The notes: generated from the letters alone by a model not told the origin. Numbered from the stretch's first letter, positions 36,917 to 51,319 are shown. The stretch is 64,000 bases of DNA from Azolla caroliniana (GCA_043228905.1 JBHGNT010000001.1:27776001-27840000), one strand, 5' to 3'. Made by a program: numbers and translations.

Positions 36917-39900
36917 CCTCACACTCTTGTGTCTCACTGCATCACTGGCTTCACACAATGCCTGTGGGAATGAATTTCAGATGCCAATGATTGGAGCTCG
37001 TTGATATAATAAGATTCATATAAATGCTGTGAACGAGTGATGCTAGGGCTTGGACGGCCCTGGATTCGTTTCGGGAATGCCAGATGATTATATCTATACA
37101 TATAATAAAAAGCCGGAAATGTAAAAAGTAGAGAGATTTTTAAAAGGAAAAGAAAAGTAATCAAAAAAAGAAAACGAAGAATAGCGACAAAAAATGCTTC
37201 TTTTTTGTGTGGTTTTGGGGGGGAAGATTTGAAATCTCTTCTTTTCTCTGCATGTGCATCTGTGTTGAAATCTCATTATCTCTCTGACACAGCAGGAAAG
37301 TGGAGCAAAAATAAGAAGACATATAACAATCTGATGATTCTGTTGAACTTACAAATGCAAATGCAAATGGAGAATTTACAGCCCAACGAATTTGTCTACT
37401 CCAACCATGAGTAGACATGTATACAAAACTCCAAATATGAGTATTATAGCTTGTAATACACTGCTTGATCTCTGGTCTTATTGAGCAGGATCAATGCCTT
37501 TTTGCTTTGAATAGTGCCGACAGAGTGATTTCCACATACAATTGATGTATTCATGATAATAACATCTTTTTCTTAAACATTTCTCGTATCTTCATAATAA
37601 AAACATTTTCGTTCTCATTTACATTCTTCTTGGTTAATCAATGCACATGGGTACCTCCCAAAACCATTACATTACACATGAAAGAGGACCTCAAAGACTA
37701 GAAATTTATTGCATCTATGAAAACAATAAAAGATAAAATCACCATATTATACAAGAGGCACACATAATCAAATGGAACTCAAGTTTCCTCAAGTGTCATA
37801 TATTCAAAAAAGGTATATTGTTCGAGTATGAGTATTTACAGATGTTGAAATGTGAAGATACAATGTTCCGACGTACATGATTAAGACAGATAAAGTAATT
37901 TTGCCATCTACGCATAGAGCCATTACATAACACTAAGAGATACAATATTCTGAGTATGAGTATGAGTATTTACAGAAGATGAAAACTGAAGATACAATAT
38001 TCATTATCTAGACTCGCCAGCAAAACTTAGTTTACAGTGCTTGTCTTGACGACAAGATTATGCTTAACCATTCGGGATCCAGTAAATCTTGATGTAGTGA
38101 TTCAGGGAAGATCTTGACACCATCTAGGTTGCCAGTAGCACAGATTTCCTATGTGTGAATAGCCGCCCTTCTAAATAAAAAAGAGAGATTTGAAAACATC
38201 ACTGCATCGAGAAAGATTTTATCAATATCTTTAATCATATAGAAACGGAATCGTATGTAGAAGAAGATTGATACATGCTTACATGCTCATTATCCAATAC
38301 TAACTAATGTAATGTAACATGAGATCTTGCGGTTGAATGTTGAAAGGAAACATGAGATCAAATGGAGTCTTTCCCATTCGGAAAAACATCAACTTCCTGT
38401 TTTAAATGAGTTATTCGGCAGTTATTGATACCAATGGAATTCGGAGTACACTTCGAATCCCCTACATTCTGGTCATGAACATATTGCACATGAATAAATA
38501 AATAAATAAACAACATGGGCATGCCTCTCCGACATCCATGTATTGCAGTGCGACAATTCCAACTGTCAAGTGCTTTTGAACTTACATGTTTCCATGTTCC
38601 CCCTACTAGAAATGCATCTTTCATATGAAGTTAATTTGTTCTCTTTAATTCTTATATGCATTGGTTATTCTATCATCTTAAAAGACATTTCTGCTCTTTA
38701 ATTATCATACACATTGGTTATTCTATCATCTTAAGAAACAATCATATCTCTTCTCAATAGTTGTTAAATTAATTTCACTCTCTTTGAAGCTACTTGACAT
38801 GCCAAGGAATTTATAAGTATATATATGCAAAGTGCATGTACCTACGCGTAGACCGGGTCTTAAGGGTATAAAGAGGGTACCATGATTACGTTCCAAGTCC
38901 TCCAACTTTTTTTGTTTCTAAGTGAAAAATAAGAGAATGCAAATTTATCTCTACAAGCCTTTTGATGTGAGGTTATTCTCATATTTAAATGTATTTCCTC
39001 TTTCACTTCAAGAGTACACCTCCCCTTTAGAAATGCACGTTTTCATATGCTCAAACACAATTAGGCATCCTTAACACTTGAGAAGTGGTGTGCCATTTAT
39101 AAAGATTGGATCTCCTAAACGAGACTGCAAAGTTATAACTCCAACTGTCATTACATTGAAATTAAGAAGTAATTGGAATCGCATACTTAAAAGATACTTC
39201 AATTGTTGTCAAGGGTACAACACAAACTAGGAAATACACATCACAAAAATGAATATTGTATTATCATTAAATAGAAGAAATAATTACAATGCAGCTTCAG
39301 CCCTTTTCCAAGCTAACATGAAAGCCTTTCCTTTCATGTCTTTGGCAATCTATTCAAACCACCTCATGATCATATAACATGCCCACCTTCATTCTAGGCT
39401 AGCTTGTTCCATACTGCCTAGTTAAAGTTGAGACTCTAGACAATCTTCATTGTCCAATTGCATTAACACTGTTTTAATTCTCGATATTGTCATTTACAAA
39501 AACCCTGGACCAAATTTACAATTATCAGCCAGAGTTTGTCCGTGTGTCCAAAACAAACTGCATGGAGAAATCATGATATGTCACATGTTCTGGGGATCAA
39601 CATCATGCTTTCCATGTCCCTCACATCAAAGGGAATCATTATATGACCCAATATAGCAGCTTATAAAACACTGCATCAATTTACCATATCACCTAAGTTT
39701 GATATCATGCCCGAACATTAAAGCACATAATAGTGAATTTTAATTTTGCCAATGGATTGCATAACTGTTAAGTGTAACACAAACTTACGCCTATCTCATG
39801 ACTCGCCATAACTTTTCCTTTTTAGATCCTCTGTGAATTCCCATTAAAATACAAAAATAATCTCATGGCAAGTATAAACCATCAATAAAAGTGAGTTGGA

Positions 39901-42272
39901 CTTATAATCAGAATTCCGATATCCAACTTATAGTTTTCCCTTATCAAAAATATTGCATTCCTTCTAAGGTCAACAGGCATAAAAATTTTATGAAGTAGGC
40001 TTGAAGACTCGCAAACTAATACATGGCTTGAGAAACATTTATAAGCTTCAAAGACCAAATATGATCATAGGCTTCAAATACATTAACTTCCATGTAAAAA
40101 TATATGGTTCGAGAATAACTTTACCGACCTATCTGCAAGACAAGTAAACCTTCGAGCATCAATGCCTTAAACGTAAGCAAACTTTCATTGGTTAGAAAAA
40201 TATGGTAATTCAATAGTCAAAATTTCAAGTAGTAAGGTGGATGATAAGTTGAAGTATTATAATTTGACAAAAGTTGCCCTTCATTTGATCATACTCTAGA
40301 CATCTAGTATTATTTGGGAAACCGATCCTGATCTAATCACCCCCAACCAACACGCCATCTCTATTAAACAATAATCACCCTAATCAAGACCTCATCACCC
40401 CAACTGAAGCTCTTATCCTGTTAATCAACTTCAATCATGATTTACGACATAAACACCATCTAAGGCTATTCAATAACTAATCACCTCCTATTGACTGTAT
40501 TTCACTCCTACTTAGGCAGCATTCATTCAGGTTTTACCTGATGGCTGTTGATCAATTTCTCATCATTTTGAATGGCTTTATGGAATTTCCTCAAAATAGT
40601 GAAATATTATATAGGTAATTTGCCTAAAGAAACACTTCTCTTGCCTCCTATTATTTTCTTGTAATTGTCTCATAATTTCCTAAATTTCCTACATTTTGAG
40701 GGGAACTAAACCGATCCACCAAATAATTTTTCTTTTCCTAAGCACTGGGAAAATTTGTTCAAACTTATGTTTCAATGACCTTACTTCAAACTTCTAGAAG
40801 AGTGAAAAAGAGGGGTGAACTTCCTCAAATAGTCTGGCTGAAGCTTGTAACTTCAATAAGATACATGAATTTCGTCAGTCAAAAAAGAGTTCTCTCCGAT
40901 CTACATGGGCATACAAAAAGAACATAATTAGTGTGTGGAGCCATAATGCCAATCACCTTGTGATTTGGTAATATGTTAAATTTGGAAAAAGAAGATAAAA
41001 TACTATGATTTCAATAATTACATCAATCATTACACCTAAGCAGCTACTAGCCATTTAAGTAAAGCAATATATTTGTTTTCTAAAATATTGGACAAAAAAC
41101 TTAATTATTTTCCACTACATTTCCAATCACTTTTGTGACTTAAAACTGATAGCCAATCACAAAGAAACAATCATACATCAAACTTTTTTTCTCTCATGGG
41201 ATCCATTCAGTTGCATTTACACTTACAAACACTTGCACATCACCTCATTCGAAAAGTTCAGGCTAAATTGGCATCAAGCACATTTATGACCTTGAAAAGT
41301 TAATCAAATTCAAACTGCTATTGATCCATATCCAATTTTAAGAAAATATATATATGACTTACCGGTGTTAATCCAACCTTTGCACAGCAATAGGAATAGA
41401 GCCAGAAAATCTGTACCACAAGATGATTATATTCTTTCTACCACAGCGTAATAAAACCACTATATGTGAAAAACATTAGTCATATTGTGGAGCCGAGTAA
41501 CTTTGGCTCAATGAAGCCAATTCAATTTCTATATCTGAATGGTGTTTCTCATGTTGATATGATATAACCTAAGATAGGATTTGGAGATCATATGGGAAAA
41601 AATAATTTGTTAATGTTTTAACTCCACATGTGATCTGAAATTATAAATGGTCAAGAAACTGTCAGTGATGTTAATTTTTACACTTGATGGGCGATGAAGC
41701 TGAATATAGGTAGAGAGAGAGAGAGATTTGCCAACACAAGAATTGTTTACGATGATGCAGATGAGCAGTTTGATGGATCAGTAGAAAAGCGAAGCTTCAA
41801 GCGCAATCTAGAATCTTTATTCCTTTGAAGGGGGTTTTCCAGACTGTTCTCAAATTCCAACTGCTTACATAAAACTGCTCAAAGTTGCATAAATCCAATA
41901 ATGCTCAATTTGAGTAAATTCTTTACAAACAGAGTTATACTCACCATGGTTGAGGTACAGCTTTATATCAAAGCATGTATTTTTGGAGCAAACAGAGAAT
42001 GAATCACACAGAGTTCCGAAAGACGTTTTAAGCATCATCCCTTTTTGTCTGATCTTTTCTTCACTGGGCATATAAATGAAAACCCCAAGAAACAACTCCA
42101 ACTAACCGTTGAATGATATTTTCAAAGGCCAGAAAAACCGTTTTGGCACCCTTTTTGTTTTGGACGCACGGGGGTTTGGGGGTTTGGGGGAGATAAAATA
42201 TAGAAGGCTACTCTCTTCATGATTTGTTACACTAATCCTTCTGCCCCTCCACTTCTTTTACTTTCTTTATGC

Positions 42273-45200
42273 TCAACCAATAATTTGGTAATTCTGATGT
42301 ATCACCATTGGTTCAGCACAAGCCCCCAGATTTACCTCAATCTCTTTACTTACATCTTGCAGCGGTGAGGAAGATATCACTGAGCTATCCGCAAAGATAT
42401 CCTCAATTAAATTTGTAGCTACAAAAGTTGAGCTGCTTAAATTAGCAGCAACTCCCAAATCCAATATCTCCCCATCCACATTTTGTGTCGGTGCTGAACT
42501 CATCTCTTTACTCTCCTCCACCATTGTATCACCATTATAAATTCCCAACAAAGGCTTTTGGAGCAATTCAGTTCCCGGAAATACCATCATGCTTAGATCT
42601 TTAATTTCTAACCTCGGAGATTTACACAAAGGTTTAAAACCAAAGGCATGTGTCCAAGTATGAAAGAGCTCAGGAATTGCAGGTAAAATGAAGGTAGACA
42701 CTTCAAGCGAACACAAAAGCTGAAAAACATAAATAACAAACCACAGACATTGAGATCCATAGTAGATAATCATTCAGTTCTGTCAATACAAAGAAAGGAA
42801 TGAAAAACAGGATAGGGGGCTCATAGCCACCTTCTCAATAACATCAACAAGCAGCCTACACATTCCTTTCCGACGATACTTTTGGCGTGTCCCTATTAGA
42901 GGCATTTCAGCCACCCGTGAACCATGTATCCTGAAGCAAATTACATAAGAAAATTAAGGCTGTCTTGATATGACCTAGCATTGCACATTCATACAATAAA
43001 CATGAATGTATGGTAAAGTGGCATGTACCTTATTGTTGCAACGGAGATAATTTCCCCTTCCCTCTCTAAAATTGCTGTGTAGAACCCATCATAATTTAAA
43101 CGATCAAATTCCGACCTAGCATATAAGAGAATAATTAATTTGTTTTCAATTGCTTCCAAAGATTCCATCATATATATTCTTTCCATTCTTGCTCTGTACA
43201 TCTGGAAAGAAGATTTGAACCTACAACCATATATTCCATGAATATGAAAACATAATATATTGTGTACCGTCCTCTAGTGTCAGTACAGAACAAATGCACA
43301 CTACATAAGAGGAACCATATATAGCGCTCCATAAGATAAACAAAATGCTCACATACTGACCATGATAATCCTGCCTTGCAAACCCACATCTTTGCATAAG
43401 TCTCTCTATACATGAGAGGACTTATTGAAGCACACTCCTGATGCCAATATATCCATCTATATCCTTTTTGAAGTTTTACTATCAACTGTGCAATGTAACA
43501 AAGGATCATGACCCCAAAACTTGCAAATATACATGTCCAAATACAAAACAAGGGTAAGCTAAGAGTCTATTATTGGCTATCATATTCACCATAACTAATG
43601 ATGGGTGCGTGCATTTGGAAAAGAAGAGAACATAAGAAGTATCCTTGTCATATTGAGCATGACAAACGGATGTTACGTGTCCCCAAATTAAGTAGAATGT
43701 GAGAAGATGGGCAAAGATAAACCTTGAAATTCCAGGTCCAAACCCCATGTGATCTAGCAGTCTTACTCAAAACCACAAGTCAGACGATCTCTTCTTGTGA
43801 GTTTCTAACTGCTACATACGCAGGAAGTTAAGAAATATCCCCCTGCCCAAAATGAGTCATATTGAGCACAATTAATCAAGGACGCCAGATACTTCTGTAG
43901 TCTATTAGCCAGGGCTTTGTGAAAGATTTCATACAATTCATCTAAAAGAAAAATAGTTATTCAATGAGCAAAAACAAGAGAGGAATGCACTCTAGGAAGA
44001 GCTTTATAAAGCCAACGATCAACACTCTTGCTAATTGCATAGCCTTCCTTTATATGCTTAGGAAACATTGATGATCAACAACACTAAAGCAATAATGCCA
44101 GTGACCAATAAATAATTGATCATACTAGGGTTCTTGGGTAATCACTTATTAGCATGTGTTTCTGCTCAAATGTTTGCATATTTTTGGTTACTGATATTAC
44201 ATGCATTAGGGATCCTTGTCTCAAGTATTTGATGCTCAATTTGGCTATCTAAGAACTAATATTACTGGTAGAGATGACAATGGTTTGGTTTGGATGATAA
44301 CTAGTGATGTTTAATGGAGTTGTGATCATGTGTTTTGTTTGTTTTTTAAAGATGAGTATGCCTTGGGACTTTAATTTGAATAGTGTGGGAACAATGAGTG
44401 ATATTGGGAGTGTCTATGATGGATCACCGTTCTGGAGAGAGACCCTACAATGAGGCATGGGTTCTTATACTTCTAGGGCTTTGAGACTAGTATGGAATTG
44501 TGATGATTTGTTTTTAAAAGATGAGTATGTCTTGGAACTCCAATTTCAACAGTGGAATAAATAGTGTACCAATGATTAGTATGGAATTGTGATGATTTGT
44601 TTTTAAAAGATGAGTATGTCTTGGAACTCCAATTTCAACAGTGGAACAAATAGTGTACCAATGATTAGTAGTAGTTAACAAGAGACTTTATAATGAGGCA
44701 TGAGTTCTTCTAATTCTTGAACTAGATTTGCTGACTGTGATGCTTATTGCAGTTGTGACCATCTGCTGTTGGATTTTGTTTCAAAAATATGAGTGCGTAT
44801 CTTGGAACTTCAATTTTAATAGTATGTGAACAATGAATGTAGAATGTCATAGTGATATTGGGAGTCCAATGAAGGATTATGGTTTTAGAATAAATACGTT
44901 TATAATGAGGCATTGGGTTCTTATATTTGTAGGGACTAGAGACCGGTGTCGGCTCAATTGGCTGCAGAGCTATGATAAGCAATATTAATACATGGAAAAA
45001 TAACAGAATAGACATATTTAGGGATGATGCTCAATTTTCAGCTATGCATGTATGAAAGATATAAGCCTTTCATCAAGATTATTAAGGTAGTTTTTGGAGA
45101 GGATTTGTGAGGCTTTAAACAACTTTTTGGCAGTGGCGAGCATCATATACATATGATTAATTATGAACATAATTCTGTGTGGGTGGCTGCATGTAGATAA

Positions 45201-48200
45201 ATATGAAATACATTATGTTAATGGATATTTGCAATGCCGATTGATGCAAGGACGGTTTGAAAAGGAACAACATCTAGATGGAATGTGTTTTTTGTACATG
45301 ACATTTACTGGCTAATGTTCTGTCCACAAGTAATGCTTGACATGAATGAGTGGAAAACTTTCTTGAGGAGCTAATATGGTGGCTGCAGGAACCCAAAAAA
45401 GGTATGAAGAAAGAAAAAACAAAAGATATAGCAGGAGTTGCTCATTGTTGGTATGCAAAAATGATGATTATGACTAGCCTTCACCACACATAATGTGAGA
45501 GAAATAAATCAGGCTACTGATGAAGACCAATGTACCATAGTCTATTCACAACCATCAGTTGCTACACAGATACATCGGATCCTCATCCATTACAAAAAAA
45601 AAAGATACCATGAAATGAGCAGCTATTGGTGAATCAGTAGTAGTGAGCAGTGACGTATTGTGAGCAATTTACAAGCGTACACACAAATAACACACCAATA
45701 AGATACTGGAACTACAATCCAGTTCATTATTGAAAAATAAAACGAGACGGGAATGTGTCACACTAACAGTAATGTATCGTTGTTGGTCCTCGGTGGTGCA
45801 CATACCATTAAATATTGGGTCCACATTGTGCAGTTCTAACCTATAAACTTTTCCATCTTTGAGATCAAGCATTTGGCACAATCTATCCGTACCTTAAAAT
45901 TTGAGCATAAGTAAGTTACAAACAGAGAAAACAATTAAAAGATACATACCACCGGTTATACATTGATTGTGTGATCATATCAATGTTTGTCCGAGGATCA
46001 ACCATGGGATTGAAGCACTCCTTTATGACAAGGAGTGCCACAGCAAGTTTACTATGTTGTTCCACCATTGACTTTCTGTCAGTAGGCCCTGTCTCAGTAT
46101 CTTTATCCATGCATCGCAGCAAACTCCACGACAATCCTCCAGTGAGTGGTTGCGGAATTCCAACAAGCTGTCTCAAACCAGAAAATATCTGCCAACAAGA
46201 AAGCACACAATCATTATTCTCACTTAAAATAAAGAATTAATGAGATCTTTGCCATTTTCAATCAGATATGTATTACAGTTTTCAAGCACATGAAAAATAT
46301 TTAGTGAAAACTATTATTTTGCTAGACACATGCATTGCAGTTATTGCCAAACATCATTAGAGAGCACAACCTTTTAGAGATGCTAAAATCTATAATTTAC
46401 AACTTGTTTCCTTTTTATTTGGCTCTGAGATTGCTCTAAAGATCAATCCTATTTTATATCAACTTTTATTACTAACCTTGTTTTTGTTATTTCGAAAGTC
46501 ATTAATTTGATTGTTTTTCCATGACATTGTGCATACTAACTGAAGGCATGTATTTCACATCAAATTCCCAAACTCTAGGACCATTCAACCATGTTATATG
46601 TGGAATTCCCATGATACTGCTAATATATTTCAATGCCATAAGCCATAAATCTACACAAGAACATTCTTTTGTGCTATAGATCTCAAAGGACAGATACGTA
46701 TTTAATCTTTCGTAAAAACACATTGGCAGCAACTAAATTCATGGAAGTAATTATACCATTACTCCTACATCAAAAAGAAGTAGCAGATCTAATAGTAAAT
46801 TCTTTGTAAACAAGCATAATTACAAATATCGATTTAAAGGCATACCTTTTTACATGCATGCCCACAAAAAGATACTTTTCCATCCACGATAGGATTGCTT
46901 TGTAAACACGCAACATGATCTGCCAAGGCATGGTTGAAACCAATTTATCAGTGAATCACAAAACCCTGCTGAAATCTGAAGAAATTGGTGCATCACAAGT
47001 TGGATCCGAACTTCATGCACATGATTACAATATTTTGGGAAAAAACTTATTAGAAAATGTACTTACAGCTATGTTCACACTGTTTGCATTGTACCATAGT
47101 CAGCTCGTCCTGTATGCTGTGCACACTACCACCACATTTACCACATCTACACTTTGGGCAATACCAGTTCCCTTCTGGAATGTCCTGTATCGTGGTGTTC
47201 AGATATCAAAACTTTTTAACCATAATCTAAGCCCCAATAGCTTCACCATTATTGTATCTATCAAACTAAAATAAAAATGAATCCAAAACTTCAAGCAACA
47301 CTCACATCAATTTCTAAGCAAGACATATGGAATGTTGACGGACATCGATCACAACAGATTAAGTCCCCTCCATCACCACACAGGATACAGGTATCATCAT
47401 TTGTGTCATTTGCACTTACTCCAACATAATTTTGGGTCTTCCTAAGATCCAGTTCAGCAGTCCAGGCTTCTAATTGATGGTCTAGAATAGACCTTCCTGA
47501 GCTAAAAACTAGATCAAAGAGTGGCTCTGCAACATGATGTGTAGCATGTGATTCAAAAGCATGGCTTGTGTACACTTTCTTGCAGCATCTACAAAGAATT
47601 CCTTCTCGCATAACTACCCCATCCTTCAAAGTTCGGTTGCTAAGACGATCCACACAGAAAATCTTCTCTTTTTCTAAAACTGCCCCTCTATCTATCATCC
47701 ACGAAAAAACTGTCCACTCACAATGGCTTTCTGGACCATCATCGATATTTGTAGGACGAGCCTCAAGCCTAAAACCGTTTCGTGCTCTAGCTTTCTTTCC
47801 CTTTTTAGATGAAGCCTCTTGCTTTTTACATTTGGTTTTTGTGATTTTCGAAACATCTTTCTTTGACACTTTTTCTTTCCGATTCTTTTTACGAACAGTC
47901 TCAGATCTAGATATATTACTAATCTTAGATATTTGAGGTGTGTGTTGCAATGCCTTCTTTACTTGCTTTGACTGCACCTTGTTACTTGATGGGGTCTTGA
48001 CGACAGTCATTGAAATATTGCCATTGCCTCGTTTTCGCTTTCTCTCCTCTCTCTCATCAATCGGAATTGGAATCTTACAAGCTTCTCTTTCTTTAGATTT
48101 ACTGGTGAGCCTTCTCAAAAGGCCCAAATCTACCAACAATATGTCAGCCAATGTTGCATTTGTCACTTCTACTTGGCTAATGATATCGTGTATACATGTA

Positions 48201-50862
48201 CCAGAGAAATTACACGATTTTTTGAGAGCTGATAGAAGTCGCTTATCATCACCGAACGATAGGAGCACTTGCTTCAATGTCCTCTTATCAACTCTGCCAA
48301 GGCCATTCATTCTTCTCCCATTCAATATCTCTTCATATTTGGTCTTTTTTGAGTTTTGATTCCTATTAATTTTAAGATTCATCTCAGCATTTTCTTGCTT
48401 GAGAGCCTCCCATGCCCTTGGGAGAGACCAATACACATGGCCTGCTGGTGAAATGTACACTGAATCATTATATTCCCTACTCTGCCGGGGCCTTAACTCT
48501 ATAGTAAACCCAGCCTCCAGAAGGGCCTCCTTCGCAACATCTCGTGCAAGTTCATTTGGAGTTTTTGTCACTATAGTGACAGGTTCCCTACGTAACTCTC
48601 TTGGTGTCTGCCTACAACCAAAATCATGAGTTCTCTGCAGCACATACTTATTATCTGTGTTGATATCTATTCTCTTCTTTAACCCTGAAACTTTTGCATT
48701 TGTCTTCCTTTTCAATGCTTCAGCTTGTTTTTTGCGTAGCAACCGATTTTTGAATGACCTTAGGGTTTCTCCTATATATTCATCATCACTTTCGGATACA
48801 TCATTGTTTGGCATTCTGCTACTCGATCCCTTGTCTTGCAGGTTAAATTTTTCTTTGGTCTTCTCCAGAGAAAGGTTACTCATAGAGTTAACTTGCTTCC
48901 TCCGGGGAGATGTCCACCTCTTGAAGTTCAGTTTCTTTTCCTCAATAAGAGCTTTGGATTCCTTTCTTCGTCTCCCTCTCACGCCACTGCTATGCAACTG
49001 TTGTGACCGTGGTTTTTGTAAAGACTTTACCTTTTGTAAAATTGACTCCAATTTTGTGTCCTCTGGCATGTCTGATAAGAGAATGTTTTCCCCATCTAAA
49101 CAAGACTGTGTTGATTCCGAGATGAGATTGCATAAAGGGTTTTCTATCTCATCCTCCAACGTAAATTTGGATATTTCATCTGAGTGATCTTGGGAAAACA
49201 CAAATGCACAGGCGTGTCGATCCAAATCTTTATCGCAAGCACCTACATTTCCACTTTCTACATAGACTTTGCCACAAACAATACCTTCATCAGGAACAGG
49301 AGATAATGCAAATGCCACTATGTCTTCTCCCTCTCTCAGTGTTTCATCAACATCAAAAGTGGGTCTCACACACTCCAAATTTACATAACTAGGCTTTAAA
49401 ACTTTGAATTTGGGTTCTCCCAACTCTGATAGACCATTTGCATGAATGTCATCTGTTAGTGTGAAATCATTTTCCATATGTAACTGCAGAGATTCTTCAC
49501 CACCGACATCGAGATTACTGTTTGATTGTCGTCTTAATAACAATAATTCGGCCAGAGAAATGGGCACAGAACTTGAAGCATCTAGCATACAATAAGAAAA
49601 CACTTTAACAATCCAGTATTAGGCAGTAGCATTGCTTAATATCATGGAATTATTTCAGTATCCTACATAATGCCTTGTTTTTAATTAGCTGTAAGGCAAG
49701 TCATGCATTGTTGATATCAAGACACTTTCTAGAATATTTTCCGTATCTTATACCATGGTTTTCCAATTAATTGTCAGTATTACTATGCTTCCTTAAGGAT
49801 TTCAATATTCTAGACGAATGTTTTTTTCTGATGAGGTGTTACACAACACAGGCATTGTTAATATTATGACATGTTTTTAATGATTTTTGTTACTTTATAC
49901 CTCTTTTTTTCTGATTAAGCATCATCCAACAAATGCAACATTGAAATTATGAAATTTTCTTGAACATTTCAAGTATCCTATTTTTTCCCATAGGCATGGT
50001 TGATATGATCACACTTTCATAAAGATTTTCCATCATATCCCCTGGCAATTCAAGATGAATTCGCCCTACCTTTATGTTCGATACAACATTCAGATCTTAT
50101 TTTCGTCCTATAGCCTTGATTTTCACCTTCAGTTTGAGTATGAATAGCATTAATGTTGGCCACTACCTGTATATCAAAGACAAAAAAAGGAGTAAGAAGA
50201 GGGAAATGCATGAAAAAACTTACTACATTGCAAAAATATACTTCTTAGTGTACTATTATGCAATATACTAGTTTGTTATATACTACTACCGAGTAACATA
50301 CAACTACCTAATGTTATCCTATGTGATATTCTATCATGTAATATACTAATATAGCATTTACTCCTATGCAATAAACTACCATTTGACGTACCACTATAAG
50401 ATCCACTACAATGTGATATACTAATGGAAGATACTAGTATTTGACATACTGGTAAGCAATATACTATTATGTGGCATTCTACTAAGCATTATACTACTAT
50501 GCAAGATACTAGCATGTCTTATACTATATAAAACATATACTATAAAAATGGCCTCTTACCACTATTTACTGGAGATTATCACATAATCCTCAAATTTTTA
50601 GGAAAGGATGAATGAAATCTCAATCTTTCACAGTTTTAATGGAAGAAAATAGCATCCATTTTATATCACAGATGATGATGGGTTGCTACTTGTCTGCAGA
50701 AAAAATTAGGGGTTTTTTTGTGTCCGAGACAGAGAACAAATCAAATTAAACAAAAGAAAACGAAGAATTCATGGGTTAAGAGATGAGTATGTATGATACC
50801 CCGACATGCTGTGTTTCTGGTTGTTGTGTTGGGTCGGAGTCCTGGTCGATATGCATGTCCAT
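42273..50862 (-). CDS. IDM1: IDM1-like (Increased DNA Methylation 1) PHD-finger GNAT histone acetyltransferase
   Basis: Exons 50862-50800, 50166-50070, 49581-47306, 47184-47067, 46919-46846, 46188-45950, 43115-43029, 42930-42831, 42719-42273; GT-AG and phases checked. Domains: LLEAGFTIELRPR..YISPAG.YWS block, Tify/TDBD-like GILCRCC..FESHA, PHD (DDTCILCGDGGDLICCDRCPSTFH..C), second Cys/His finger, GNAT (GFYTAILE, VAEMPLIGTR.KYRRKGMCR). The two 5'-most exons and the 3' end are less certain. Family-level call; orthology not tested. Confidence 0.88.
44310..44945. repeat. Degenerate array of about 190-230-bp units with a near-perfect 89-bp tandem duplication (44488-44670), inside the IDM1-like intron
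   Basis: aagatgagtatg.cttgg.act..aattt.aa.agt and aatgaggcat..gttctt recur in 3-4 units. Confidence 0.8.
50250..50545. repeat. Degenerate minisatellite of about 15 bp (atactactatgcaat-like) in the IDM1-like first intron
   Basis: Repeated atacta/tactat cores at roughly 15-bp spacing. Confidence 0.65.
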
Positions 50863-50994
50863 GATGAGCTCTCTCGATGTCTTCAAATCGGGAAGGAAGC
50901 CATGAGTAGGGTAGCAAAGAAACCTTCTGTTTTTGGGAAAGGGAGAATGGAGACAGAGTAAGCAAGTCGGGCGTCTAACTAAATCTATCTCTCT

Positions 50995-51290
50995 CTGCCC
51001 CTGCCCCTGCCCCTGCCCCTGCCCCTGTTCTTTTCTTCTGTTTTGTCATCAAAACATGGCATATGTATGTATGTATGTATGTATGTATATTATTGACTCA
51101 ACATGGACCCCATCAGAATTGGCCTCTCACATCGCCTCATTCCCCAAGGTCCTACATACATCCGGAGAGGTATAAGCATTGCATGTATTACAAAAACCAA
51201 CTACAAATACAACTATTAGCACAACCCATTATATAGATCGATCAATCAATAGATAGATAGGTCGATCGATTGATAGATAGATCGATAGAT
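50995..51290. repeat. Simple-repeat cluster: (CTGCCC)n, (GTAT)n, (GATA/GATC)n
   Basis: Seen directly, upstream of the IDM1-like first exon. Confidence 0.85.
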
Positions 51291-51319
51291 TGTCTCCTCA
51301 CATACCTCCTGAAATAATG

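Noticed and set aside
47568-49392. Several plus-strand ORFs of 60-176 aa
   Set aside because: Antisense shadows of the large IDM1-like exon.
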